Counted from the first letter of the stretch, positions 49,302 through 62,093 are shown. The stretch: 64,000 bases of DNA from Neodothiora populina (GCF_041146345.1 NW_027191409.1:1364001-1428000), one strand, 5' to 3'. Made by a program: numbers and translations. The notes: generated by a model not told the origin, from the sequence alone.

Positions 49302-49465
49302 AGATGTGCCGAAGATCATTGACTTCTCCTCCACCCGCCCGTAGGCTAGGAGGAGACGTCACCCATAATCCTTTGCTTTTCTTTCTCTCCACTTGACATG
49401 ACGGTTTTCGGTCTCATGGAGCCTCACGAAGAGGCGTCTCCAACGAAAATGCTTTTAGTCAGTGT
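49302..49465 (-). ncRNA. SNR10: Box H/ACA snoRNA, snR10/SNORA21 (ACA21)-like
   Basis: Hairpin, H box AGAGAA (49383-49388), hairpin, then ACA (49305-49307) plus 3 nt; 3' pocket UGGGUG/CAAU complements LSU A-loop AUUG-U-U-CACCCA at 14 nt from ACA. Confidence 0.85.
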
Positions 49466-49918
49466 TTATAATTTGCGTTATTGTTAAGAAAAAAGAGAAA
49501 GAAAGAAGCAAGCCAGGACGGCGGAAGTTTCTGTTTTGAGGTGTCCACGAGAAAAGCGAACGCACGGTCTTCTCTCTCGTGCGCTTCGACTTGCCTTAGG
49601 CTCTCTTCTGACGGCGAATGTTCGGGATATCTCATTGTATCATAGAGAAGAGGAAGGAAAAAAGAGGGTATAGAGGCGGGGCTAACACATTTAACCCACT
49701 TTGACCTTGGCGGGAAGCCACTCAGAAAGATTGGCAAATATTTATGCCCCTCCACCTTGCTGTTGCTGTTGCTGCTACTGCCATTTCTTGTCTGAGCATT
49801 GGTGTGACTTTTTTCTTCGGTCGGTGCCGTCCGTGATTCAATTTAACCCATTTCTTTGCCTTCCTTGTCTCGCCTGTCTATTGCTCTGAAGCTATCTCTT
49901 ATACACATATACTTCAAA

Positions 49919-51931
49919 ATGGCCTCAAATGATCCCCAGAAGATCGGTAAGCTTTCTTTTCCCCAATGACGAAGGAGCTCCGGGTACTACCAGCATTGGT
50001 TCCCCATTCTCACCTTACTCTCGCTGCTATTTCTGCTTATGGTGTTGATGATGTTGCTGTTGGCTGACCACGATGTATCTTCTCTCGTACAGCTATCTTG
50101 TCGGTCTATGACAAGACTGGCCTTCTCGACCTGGCCAAGGGTCTGATCAAGAACAATGTCCGTCTTCTCGCATCTGGCGGTACGGCCAAGATGATTCGCG
50201 AGGCCAACTTCCCTGTCGAGTAGGTCTTCCTTTTACCAGTCTAGCCACTCCCTACATGACCATCATGCTGATGGCTGTTCTTTCTCCAGAGACGTGTCAG
50301 CAATCACAAAGGCACCTGAGATGCTTGCTGGTCGTGTCAAGACTCTTCACCCGGCAGTTCACGCTGGCATCCTCGCCCGTGACCTTGCTTCGGACGAGAA
50401 GGATCTGGCCGAGCAGAGCATCAACAAGGTCGACTACGTTATCTGCAACCTGTACCCCTTCAAGGACACCGTCGCCAAGATCAACGTTACCATCCCCGAG
50501 GCCGTCGAAGAGATTGACATTGGTGGTGTTACTCTTATCCGTGCTGCCGCAAAGAACCATTCCAGGGTGACCATCCTCAGCGACCCCGCCGACTACCACG
50601 ACTTCCTCTCCGAACTTGAGAAGGGCGATGTCAGCAGCACCAGCAGACAGCTCTTTGCTCTCAAGGCTTTCGAGAACACTGCCGACTACGATGCCGCCAT
50701 CTCTGACTTCTTCCGCAAGAAGTACGCCGGTAACGGTGTCCAGCACATCTCCCTTCGCTACGGAACAAACCCCCACCAGAAGCCCGCTGCTGCCTTCATG
50801 AAGGACGAGAAACTCCCATTCAAGGTCCTCTGCGGTTCTCCTGGTTTCGTCAACCTCCTCGATGCTCTGAACGCATGGCCTTTGGTCAAGGAGCTTACTC
50901 AGGCTCTTGACTTCCCCGCCGCTGCTAGCTTCAAACACGTTTCCCCGGCTGGCGCTGCTATTGGTGTGCCATTGAACGCTGTCGAGCGCAAGGTCTACAT
51001 GGTCGACGACATCGAGGGCATCGAGACTTCTGGTCTTGCACAGGCTTACGCAAGAGCTCGTGGTGCCGACCGCATGTCCAGCTTCGGTGACATGATCGCT
51101 CTTTCCACCGAGGTCGATGTTCCCACCGCCAAGATTATCTCTCGTGAGGTTTCTGATGGTGTCATTGCTCCCTCTTACTCCAAGGAGGCTCTCGAGATTC
51201 TGAGCAAGAAGAAGGGTGGCAAGTACCTCGTTCTCCAGATGGACCCCGAGTACGAGCCTGCTGCCCAGGAGATGCGCACTGTCTACGGCATCACCCTCAC
51301 TCAGCACCGTAACGACGCCAAGATTACCCCCACTGGCACTTTCGGCACCATCATCACTCCCAAGGACTCTGCACCCCTCCCCGAGTCCGCTCTTCGCGAC
51401 ATGACTGTCGCCACTATTGCGCTCAAGTACACCCAGTCCAACTCCGTGTGCTACGCTCTCAACGGCCAGGTCATCGGTCTCGGTGCCGGTCAGCAATCTC
51501 GCATCCACTGCACTCGTCTTGCAGGCGACAAGGCAGACAACTGGTTCATGCGCTTCCACGAGCGTGCCCTTAACATCAAGTGGAAGAAGGGCACCAAGCG
51601 TCCCGACAAGAGCAACGCCATTGACATGCTCTGCAGTGGAGTTGTCCCTGCCACTGGCGAAGAGAAGGAAGATTATGAGAACAAGTTCGAGGAGGTTCCT
51701 GCTACCTTCACCGCCGAGGAGCGCAAGGAGTGGTTGAGCAAGCTCTCCGAGGTCGCTGTGTCTAGTGACGCCTTCTTTCCCTTCATTGACAACGTCTTCC
51801 GCGCTGCCAGATCAGGTGTCAAGTACATTGCCGCTCCCACCGGTAGCCAGAACGACGGTGTTGTTTTCAGCACTGCCGAGAAGCTCGGTATCACCTTTGT
51901 CGAGCAGCACACTCGCCTCTTCCACCACTAA
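49919..51931 (+). CDS. ADE17: Bifunctional AICAR transformylase/IMP cyclohydrolase
   Basis: [66 protein letters not shown]; two 5' introns. Confidence 0.98.
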
Positions 51932-53728
51932 AGGAAGAGGTGGTTTTAAGTGGTAGAAGCACATTGAATATCATTTGTCACTTCTACACGCTTGAGGACA
52001 AGCAACGAGACTTGATTTCGTAGTAGATCTAGGTCACTGTCACCTTGTCTTCTATGATCTTTGTTCAACACATAACTTTTCTTTTCCTCTTTTTGCCATT
52101 TCAACTTGACGTTTGCGAAACGCGTGGCGTTGGGTGTGTCTTAACGATTTATATTGATGAAACGACGAGAGAAAACAAAACCGATTTAGCGTCACCAGAG
52201 GGAGAGAATGGTGAGGTCTTCTGGGCGTGGATAAAGAATTCAACTTTGGAAGAGATGTGGAGGGAGAAAAGCAATGATACCAAGAGGAGAGCAACGTACA
52301 TGAGATCACCGGAAGTGGAATAGAAAGCAGCAGTGGCAACGCGATTTGCATGAGAAGAACAATTTCTTTATTTTCCCGTCATACTTGACTGTGCCACATG
52401 TGAAATATCTCTTGCCTCTCCAAAAGTCAAGAAGTTTCATCAATCCTCGGCAATGTTTAACTCAGGTCGGTATCAAGGTATAACCAGAGCGCTCTCGATA
52501 AGATGAGATAAAGGTGCCGTACAACCACAGTAAGTACCTAGGTACGATACATCGGCTTCACTTATCAAAAAAAAAAAAGGCACGCACAGTGCATCACCTA
52601 AACATCCAAAGGGAACAAGAATGCTCCGAATGACACGCAAGAAAAGGACCAACAGCATAGCACAGCCCAGCCCAGCGCAAGCTCAGAAACAGTCCAGAAA
52701 GGAAACACGATCCACAACCAAGCTCACGACCCATACCTCTCCACCGCTAATCCTGCGTCGATAATCCTGCGTCGATCGATCGATCACGAATAGGCGAAAA
52801 GGATATTTATATCCGTAAGGTACTCTCCCTACGCTACATACTGTGCATAACCCGGAGATGGAAACAGGGAGGCATGCATTGGTCTATGAGCGAGTACAAC
52901 TTGGTCGAAACATGGTGGCTTTCTGGTTCGCATATGATGATCGTGTTCAAGGACGCGCGCGGTCTAAGAACGGAAATGGGGTGGTTGACTGCAGAGCCGC
53001 CTGCCTGGTTCGTCGTTGGTCTGGTCAGGCAGAGTGAAGAAGATTAGAGAGAGGGAATAGTTTCATGTATACTTTGCTTTATTCAATTTTCGATCTTCGA
53101 ATTATGCATTTGTATTTATAGTAATCGAAAATACGTATGCTGCAGGCGCTTGGAAGTAGAAGACGTATGTACAGGGGAAGCATAAGCGCTTGCATTGACT
53201 TCTTTACAAGATCGAGGCGGTGGAAATGTGAGTTTTCAGAGTAGATCAAGATTAGAAAGAGATGATTGCTTGGTATCGAAAAACCACATATATGTGACAG
53301 AAATACAGGGAAACAGAAATTGAGAAGGAGGGGAAAAGCCCATGGAGCGCCGTCTGGAAGAGTCTCATCTAAATCTCCAGCCCCGGATCCGTCGCTTGAA
53401 TGTCCATCATGAAACGTTCTCTCGAATTAGATGTATATTGGTGAGAGAGGTAACGTGGGGTATATGTTGTTGCTTTGATCAGGACAGTCAGGATGGTGAT
53501 CCATTTTTGCGACTCATTTATGCGTGTAGAGTTTGGTCTTTTGTTTTGGCGGGGATGATGGCTTTCCTGTCCTCCTGGGTCCTCGAAGATAAGTTTCGAG
53601 TAGTGGTTCATCGTCACTTTCGTTTTTCCTTGCCATGAAACAGCGGCGCGGCTCGGAAGCATGTACAGGAAATTCGTCATTAAAAACAAGGGTCAAATTT
53701 GAACAGTAGATCGCAATTTGCCTCCGTT

Positions 53729-54703
53729 TTAGAAGTTTCGGCTGGGAGCGACAGAGTTCTCGTTAGAGGCGGAATAAAATCCACCCGTCTGCTGCATTGG
53801 TAGACGACTGTCGTACGACGAGGTTTCGGCGTATACTGGACCACCGGACACAGAAGGACCATTGACGTCGTTAGGACCCATCTCGATGCTAGGGAAGCGG
53901 TTGTGCTTGCTATGCACTGCTGGGAGGAAGTCCATGACGAACGATCCGACGTAGAAGATGTAGATCAGAGACACAGTCCATTCGAGAACGGCGGCGCGGT
54001 TGTAGTGGTGTTGTTTGCTCATTACAGCAAAGGCTGTATCAAGAGTGTTAGCGACCTTGAAAACGACCGAAGCGAAAGCAAAGAATACTGACCAATTGCG
54101 AGACAAAGTTCGACGATGATGAAGCAAAGCTTGATCCAGAAGGACGCACGAAGGATGCGGTGCTCGCGGTAATGGATCCCGAGGCGTTGGTATTCCGCGC
54201 AAATGAAAATCGCAGAGATGATGTATCCGGCGATGAACACGACAAGCATGGCATCGTGGGTCGAGTGATAATGCACGGTATCGAAGATGGTAAGGAAGAT
54301 CAAGCCCAATGCGCCGATGACTGCAAAGGTGATAGCTCCGATTGACAGCCACTTTTGAGCCCAAGAGGTGTTGTGCGCCAGACGACCTCTATGTCTGAGC
54401 CATCTTTCGGCAATGAAAGTGCCATCAAAGATGACGACCGTTACTGCGGAGCCGGCAATGAATAGAGGCTTCATGTTGGTGGCACCGATATCCGAGATAT
54501 AAGCAATATGTTGATTCGGGTCCATGTCAGCATAGTGAGGTTTGCCATTTGTCACCCACACGAGCAGCATGCCCAACAATGTGCCTGAACAAGCATCTAC
54601 GTCAGCACATGATTCCTTTTTCGTAGGCGAGGGAGACCAAAGACTTACCAAGCCAACATAATGCTGCGAACAGCGGAAATATCCAATATGATATGCCGTA
54701 CAT
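53729..54703 (-). CDS. SFK1: Frag1/DRAM/Sfk1-family membrane protein
   Basis: IAYISDIGA..KPLFIAG, ERWLRHRGRL, LTIFDT..H, AAVLEW motifs; two introns. Confidence 0.88.
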
Positions 54704-55694
54704 GGCTGATGTAGAAGATATTGAGTCTGATGAAAGTAGTTTAAGAGCGACGTAGAGAAATCCTGCGCTTCCTCAAGTCTTTGGGTCTATTAACGCTGAT
54801 GTTCGTTGATCGCGTGCTCCCGTTGTTGTGGATACTTGAGAGATTAAACCCCTGGCTTTGACTTGGTCTGTTTATTGATCCGAAGAGGGGACGAAGCGTG
54901 GATGAAGAGACGAGCGACGCTGAGCGCAAGAGGGAGCGGAGTGGACAATTATGTAAGATACCCAACAACAGCAGGATGTGAGAGCAAGAACAAACCTTCG
55001 CAATAAAGAGAGGCAGTGTTTGTAAGGCAAGTCATACGGTGCATTTAGATTCAATTGGTGACGACTGACAAGATTTCTAATTCGTGCTTACGACGTCATC
55101 CCGTCCAGTTTCCGATGGGAGTTGCGGAGAGGGCGGGTCTCTTCTTCTCTCAACACTACTGTAATCTCACTACGCACCACGCATAAGTACAGTACTTTAA
55201 GTGCTGTACAAGAGTCTAGACGTCTTTACCAGACCCTCACGTACCTTGCCTCTGATTCCGGAGATGTTGTACCTGACCAGGGACTCTTCATACGTGAATG
55301 TGATTCTGCGACGCTGAGGCAGACTCACAGATTGAGACTGCGGTATGCGGCGAAACGCCTCGAGAAAGGCTTGTCTTGCAAATCTCTGCAGTGCCTGCAT
55401 AATGTGGCTGGGTTTCGATGAGAAATGTGCCCGTAGAGTTCCAGGGCCGAACGCTTGAGCCGCCCGGAAACCGCGATTGTCTGAGTCGCGAAGCACTTGC
55501 ATCACGGAATTTTGCCCTGTCTTCTTCCGTCCTTTCACGTGATCGACCACTTTTCGACCCCGGATAGAACAAAATGTTCACCCGAAGATTTGCCATTAGC
55601 GCTTGGCGAAACCACACACCTTTTCGGAGAGCGAAAGTCCTTGACTTTTACGAAGTGTGCGACGTCGACTAACCAACACAGCAACACCGTCAAG

Positions 55695-56552
55695 ATGCCC
55701 AAGGAAGTCAAGCAGAAGAGCGGCATTGCCGTTGGCCTTAACGCTGGTTACGTACGTTCTTACCACAGCAGCCGCTGTTGTCCATATCGGCACTTTTTTC
55801 TTCGGTTGGAGTGATAGCTCAGGCAATGCATGAGAAAGATGATCTTAGGATCAGCCGTCATCCCGATCATTGAGGAAGATGCGCGCGACAACTGACCGCT
55901 CGAGAGATGTGTGCTAACCAGATTTTTTCACTTTATACAGAAGGTCACCCCTCGCCAGCCTAAGCCCCGTGTTTCCCGCACCAAGGGCCACCTCTCCAAG
56001 CGCACCGCTTTTGTACGCGACGTCGTCAAGGAGGTCTCTGGGTACGTTATCTGAACAAGAACAAGAGCGAAGAGGAAGATTGAAAAATGCACAACACCAC
56101 AATCGGCCTGGTCAAGAGCATGGTTCTGGTTGAAGAGGAAAAAGTCCTATCCGCAGGAGAGAAGAGGATTTCAACAAGTCTCTTTACTCGGGATATCGCA
56201 ATATACCAGACCACACCTTGCTACTTCCAGAGCTGGCCCCATCACCACACATTCCCCTCACATATCCACTCAACCAAACTTGGAGGTTCTGTCTACGAAC
56301 ACGAGCTGACGAGTATTTCTTTGATTACAGTCTCGCCCCTTACGAGCGCCGTGTCATTGAATTGCTCCGCAACTCCAAGGACAAGCGTGCCCGCAAGCTC
56401 GCAAAGAAGAGAGTAAGTCTACCTCCCTCGATGTGCCGACGACGAACAGAAATGCTGACTTTTTCTCTCAGCTCGGTACCTTCGGCCGTGCCAAGGCCAA
56501 GGTCGAGGAGATGACCAACGTCATCGCTCGCTCCAGGACCGCCGCTCACTAA
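55695..56552 (+). CDS. RPL36: 60S ribosomal protein eL36
   Basis: Exons 55695-55751, 55941-56041, 56331-56412, 56472-56552; [44 protein letters not shown]. Confidence 0.97.
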
Positions 56553-57629
56553 GCGTAGTCTTTCGAAAACAAAAGACATGACGAAGCTTGGTGCAACCTG
56601 CCGCTGCTGGTTGTATGGGATGATATGAAAATACCACAAAGGTCGAATACCACGGGTGAAAAAACGGCGTTTTCTATAAGATATTACCCCTTCCTCCCTT
56701 CTGGCCACGGGGGCGCGTGGTTTGGTTCGGAGATTTGATGAATACAAAAATGACAAAGTCACTTCTTCGATGCCACACATGTTTTCTTTTTTGCTTTTTT
56801 TTTCTTCTTCTCTGCCTTGTGACAGCAGTGCACGTATCCCCTCTGGAACAGGTCTAGTGAGTGACTAGTGAAGCTATATGCGCGCGAGGGCGACACTGCT
56901 GTCATCATGACCACGTGAAGTGTCAATCGCACTAGGACATCTGTGTTGAAGAGAACCATGTCTCATGCGCGATCATCATCATCGTCGTCGTCGTCGTCGT
57001 CGTCGTCGCATCAGCTGCCTTGCGAAGTCACTACGTGGCATCGGTCATCGGTGCTGTACAACTGGTATAGAACTACCGAGTGTCGAGTACCTTATCGAAC
57101 CAAGTATACTTGGTGTTCTCGGTGAGGTCAATGAGACTTCTCTACCTTGCTGTTACTTCTCAGCTAGGTAGTCACTTGTACTGTGTTCCACTGTGGTACA
57201 TGGGCAGCAGAGGTAGGTTATATTGTGTCCTCGCTACATAAAGAGGAAGAAGTCGTACATGAAAGAACGAGGGTAAGAGTACGACTAGCTTCTCACATGG
57301 CCCTCTTGACGGCCGTAGCAGTATCTACCTACCTACCTACCTATCTATCTATCTATCAACCTCCATCCCTTATGTCAGATCAAAATGGATCTCTATGATT
57401 CGACATTCAAAGCACAGCGCAAGGATGGGTCGTGGTTCTATCGCGGGACCCGATTCGTCTTGTCTGATGGAGGGGCCGAAGGGGCGTGTGACATTTCGTC
57501 TTTTGTATGATTCTGATGAGTATCTGGATAAGACTAAAAGGGCGTCTATTGTCGCACTCCGACGGGCAAAGCACGATTCCCCCAATGTCGTGAGGACTCG
57601 CGGAATCTCGATACTCTCTCTTTCTTTCC

Positions 57630-58698
57630 TTACTCTCCCTGCTCGTCACCAATCTTCTCCAACTTGCCCATCTGTCTCTTTTCACCACTCTCGCCGATGA
57701 TCCTGATCCTGTCGATCCTGGTCTTTTCCGCGTCGCCGTCCTCGCCCTCGACGACATAGACGACGAGCGAGGTGCAGTTCTGGAACTTGACGAAGCGCAG
57801 GTCGACGCGCGCCGTGTGGGTCTTGGAGTCCCAAGACTCGGGCGTCAGGGTGATGTCTTGGGTCGGGGCCGCGGCGTCGCCTTCTTCAAAGGAGAGCACG
57901 TTGGCTGTGTTTGTGTAGAGACGCAGGACGGATGGGCGGGTCACTTCTTCGTCGTCGGCTGTCGGCGTGGGGATCGAGGTGATGAAGAGCGAGTGCACCT
58001 TGAGGGTGGACTGGAAGGGAATGTAGAGCATCAGTTGGGCGTCGGTGTCTGACTCGATCCAGTCCTTCTCTGCGTTGTCGCCTTGCTTCTTTGCTTTGCT
58101 CAGGGCCGAGGGAGCGGTGGTTGTGAAGACAGATCGTGGTCCCGAGGCGTCTGAAGAAAGGTTCAAGAAGTCGAGGTTCAGCTGGTCCACGTTCTCGGTG
58201 ATGTCGGTGTAGCCCTTGGGCAAGGAGGCTCCGAGGAAGGTTCCTCCCAAGGAGGTAGCTCCCGAGGATGATGATGAAGCGCCTTCTCCAGCTGAAGCGG
58301 CTTCTTCTGCGAGCGATTTGATGGCTGCGTCCAGGGCTTTGGGGTCGGCGCCACGGATGCGCTTCGTCTCGCGACCGGCCTTGAAGATCATGAATGTAGG
58401 CATGGCGGTGATGTTGTAGGTCTGGGCGATGTCGCGCTGGTTATCTGTGTTCACCTTGGTGAAGGTGATGTGGTTCGGCCGCGAGAGCTCGGTGGAGAGC
58501 TTCTCGTAGTAAGGCGCGATGGCCTTGCATGGTCCACACCAGTCTGCATAGACTGTGATGGCATTTGTCAGAAGATTAGATGTATAGTAGGAGGGAAGAG
58601 AAGTAGGGCAACTGACAGTCTGCCACGACTATCCGTGATGAGTTGAGCAGTTGTGAGAACTGGGCTGCTGACTCAATGTGTACAGTCTTGGACGCCAT
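57630..58698 (-). CDS. TXL1: Thioredoxin-like protein with PITH domain (Txl1/TXNL1)
   Basis: ADFYADWCGPCKAIAP across intron ~58553-58617; AMPTF; PITH motifs ESDTDAQLMLYIPFQS, LRFVKFQN, KTRIDRI. Confidence 0.92.
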
Positions 58699-59372
58699 GG
58701 TGGGTACAGTGAAAATGTTGGAGTAGACAAGGAAAAGAGAAAAGTATATCTGATTGATGCAGAAGAGTGTTTGATTGATGGATGGTTCAACGATTACCTA
58801 CCTACTGGTACTGTATCTTTACCTCGATAAAGTAGACAAACAATGGTGGGGTTGGAAATAACCAGAGGACAGCGGCGGTGGCGGCAGGGCGAGGCATCCA
58901 TCCATCAGTCATCATCGCCCATCGCCTATAATCCTTCATCTCTATCCTGTCTATTCCTCTTCCGAAACCTTCGAACAATGTCCGCCACTTCTGCATCGTC
59001 TGCAACCAATCTGCACGGTCTGGCTCTTTCTAGAAGCGAGCGTGTCATTGTTCTTGGCCTCAGCTACGCCTGGTGCACCCCGTTGTTCTTCTGGTTCGGA
59101 GAGCGATTGTGGCATTATCTACGTCTACTGAGGGCTGCTCGCTTTAATGAACAACCATATCACAGACCGCACTGATTGTTTTTGGCTCTGCGAGTTCTGA
59201 TCAATCATCTGCTTGGTGCAAGAACCAATCATCGTATAAACTGCGTGAACGCCTCTTCTCCTCCCACTGTTATCACTTATCACCGTCATCGTCGTCATCG
59301 TCATCAGCAGAGCAGCAGCAGCAGCACACATCCACAACTTAGATAATCCCGATCCATCACTCCCATATTGTC

Positions 59373-61097
59373 ATGGCATCAAACGTCTTTGTCGTCGACT
59401 CTACCTTCCGGCGCACCCAGATCATGGTGCAGCCTAACACATATCTGCGCTCCGTGCTGGAGGAAGCATGTAGCAAGCTCAAGATCGACCCCGATCAGTA
59501 CACTTTGAAGTATGATTTGCATCTGTGGCTTCATCTAGTACACAAAACGCTCATGTATCGCAGGACAGACAAGCAGAAACAGCTCGACCTCTCTCTTACA
59601 TTTCGTCTCTCTGGCCTGTCGCCGGGTGCTAAGCTTCAGCTGACACAGGCATCACGTTCGCCTTCGGTGGTCAATGTCGCTCTCGCTCTTCCGCAGTCGG
59701 AAGGTGGCATTCGACTACAGGACAAATTCCCCAGCAACACCTCGCTGTGGCTGGTTCTGCGCAAGTTCGAGGAAGGCGTTGCTGGAGGTGTCTCGCTGGC
59801 GAAGAAACTAAACCTAACCTCCAGGGGTGTCCCTAGCACAGACACAGGCGCCGGCAGACTCAACTACGAGCAGCCATGTCTGAACATCATGGGCCGAGAG
59901 CTCAGCTCATTCACAGATCTTCAGAAGACCTTGGCACAGCTGGGCTACAACAGCGGCAGTGTCTTGGTGCGCTTAACATTCAAGCAAGATGGCACGGCTA
60001 TGGAGGAAGCCATGGCTCAGATCTCTCAATACTTTCAGGCAGCCCAGCCCGGTGCTTCTTCCCAACCTGAGACGACAGCTGCCAAGGGCGTACATGCTGC
60101 TGCCGATGTCGAGATGATTTCAGCACCGGACGCATCAGCAGAGAATGCTGCTGCTCCACTAGAAGAGTCGGCGGGTCCAGAGCCTTCAGAAGACACAGTC
60201 ATGACACCTGCACCACCATCGGACTCTACTCCAGCTCCCACGGATGGCGACGATGTTATTGCTTCCTCCTCGATTACAGAGACCCCGTCAACAGAATCAC
60301 AATTTCCTTCTCTACAACAATCAGACAAGTCCTCGACGACGCAACCGTCCTCTCCGACCGCCTCAGACACGACCTCTGCCCCTCAAGCCTCGAAACCGGC
60401 TTTCCGAGTCTACGCCGCTCCGAAGGACAACACTCCTGCAGCCGCTCGGCACGACTTTAATGAGTCCGACTTTGCCCCCTCAATTGAACATGCACAAGCC
60501 CACCAAGCAATTCTGAATCGCCAGTCGCAGAACAAGCGCTTGCAGTCCGACCGCGAGCTCGAGGCCGCAGCAGCGAGCAAACAACAATCCCTCACCGAGG
60601 TCAAAGTCGTGCCGATTCGTCTACGCCTAGCTGACGACATGCAAGTCGAATTTGATCATCCAGCCACAGACACCACTGCAGCTCTCTTCGAGTCTGTGCG
60701 ATCATACATGGACGATCCTTCTCTCGGCTTCCGCCTACACTACAGAGACGACAAAGGCTGCGCCCATTTCCTCGAACCCACCAGCTCCGCACGACTCATC
60801 GACGATCTGGGCTTCAAGGGCGGTGTCACAGTACGACAAGTCTGGAACGACGACGTCTCAAACGCAGCCCGTTCGAAGCCGATCCTCAAGTCTCGATTCA
60901 GACAGATGGCCGTCGAACACAACGTCCCTGATCTGTCCAAAGAAGCAAGAGAAGCGGCCGAGCGAGAAGCCCGAGATGGAAAACAAAAGGAAGACCAGGA
61001 CAAATCACAACAACAACCATCTAAGAAGAAGAGTACCTTTAGCATCGCCGAAAAGGAAGCTAGGCTGATGAAGAGACTGGGATTCGGGAAGAAGTGA
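59373..61097 (+). CDS. UBX4: UBX-domain Cdc48 cofactor, Ubx4/TUG (ASPSCR1)-like
   Basis: TUG-UBL1 motif VLEEACSKL...LDLSLTFRLSGLSPGAKLQL; short intron ~59510-59563; C-terminal UBX-like IRLRLADD region. Confidence 0.8.
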   Translation: MASNVFVVDSTFRRTQIMVQPNTYLRSVLEEACSKLKIDPDQYTLKYDLHLWLHLVHKTLMYRRTDKQKQLDLSLTFRLSGLSPGAKLQLTQASRSPSVVNVALALPQSEGGIRLQDKFPSNTSLWLVLRKFEEGVAGGVSLAKKLNLTSRGVPSTDTGAGRLNYEQPCLNIMGRELSSFTDLQKTLAQLGYNSGSVLVRLTFKQDGTAMEEAMAQISQYFQAAQPGASSQPETTAAKGVHAAADVEMISAPDASAENAAAPLEESAGPEPSEDTVMTPAPPSDSTPAPTDGDDVIASSSITETPSTESQFPSLQQSDKSSTTQPSSPTASDTTSAPQASKPAFRVYAAPKDNTPAAARHDFNESDFAPSIEHAQAHQAILNRQSQNKRLQSDRELEAAAASKQQSLTEVKVVPIRLRLADDMQVEFDHPATDTTAALFESVRSYMDDPSLGFRLHYRDDKGCAHFLEPTSSARLIDDLGFKGGVTVRQVWNDDVSNAARSKPILKSRFRQMAVEHNVPDLSKEAREAAEREARDGKQKEDQDKSQQQPSKKKSTFSIAEKEARLMKRLGFGKK

Positions 61098-62093
61098 ATA
61101 ATGTGACTTGGTAGACAAGCAAATTATGTCTTGTTTCGGATTCCGAATAGTGTCGTCAAGCAAACAGATGATCCGCGCAAGTCCGTATGTTCGCCTCTAC
61201 GCCTACATCTCTCGAAAGCTTTGCCCTGCCGTGTGGCGACATCGAAGACGAACCTGTGTAGAGTCTGCATGACCATGGTGACTGCTGGGTCGATGGCTTC
61301 GCATCCTGATCTGCTTCTTTACATTGCTTGTGTTGGCTCTATGTATCCACCTAGGCCTAGATTTGGTTTGGCTTGTGTCTATTTGACTTGTACCTCCCTG
61401 TCTAGACTTCGTCTCTGTGACCTTGACATCCCTGACTTGGACTTTTCTGTCCTTTACTTGAGTGACCATACACTTGGCCAACCCCTACTCGACTGACCTT
61501 GCCCTTGACTGACCTTAGACTCCCGTCAGTCGACACGTACCATCGTGACCTTGGGCTCCTCGACCTTGACTGAACTCCCCAACTACCCGTTTACTGACCC
61601 GCCCTACTTGTTCTCTGACCCACCTACCTACCTACCCACCCTAGACTAAGGACGATAAATCAATGCATCAAGTCCATCATGAGTTCATCATTGATATCAT
61701 CTTCATTGTATTATTCACTCATCTGATCTGATCGAATCATTATCGTCGAAACAGTTCACGCCACAGCCCCCTCCCAGAGCCAGAAACGAACGGATATATC
61801 CGGCTAACACTAAGAGCAAAGAAAGAGGGTAGGGAGCGGAAAAAATGAGAAACACGAGAAATGAGAAGCTATTGGGAGGAAGCGAGCGTGGTCCAGTGAG
61901 TAATGTCTAAACAAGGCAGGAACCCTTCCCCTTGGTCCCTTCCCTGGCCGTCCTTATCTGCTCGTTGTTTACAGTAGGACAATTCCTCTCCCGAGAACAA
62001 GACACCACTGAGGGGACCCTCGAGGAGGGAGGGATTGGACCCACGGCCCAGAGAGCTGAGACTGGACCGCGTATCTGGTGTGTGTTGGGGAGG

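Noticed and set aside
49960..50070. Possible C/D snoRNA in ADE17 intron 1 (ATGACGA, TTCTGCTTA, TGATGA, CTGA)
   Set aside because: The CTGA coincides with the branch site, the antisense stretch is only 9 nt, and it lacks an adjacent D' box
50297..51559. 420-aa antisense ORF within ADE17
   Set aside because: Typical antisense shadow of a strongly biased, highly expressed gene
52748..52775. 14-bp tandem duplication TAATCCTGCGTCGA x2
   Set aside because: Isolated slippage duplication with no associated element
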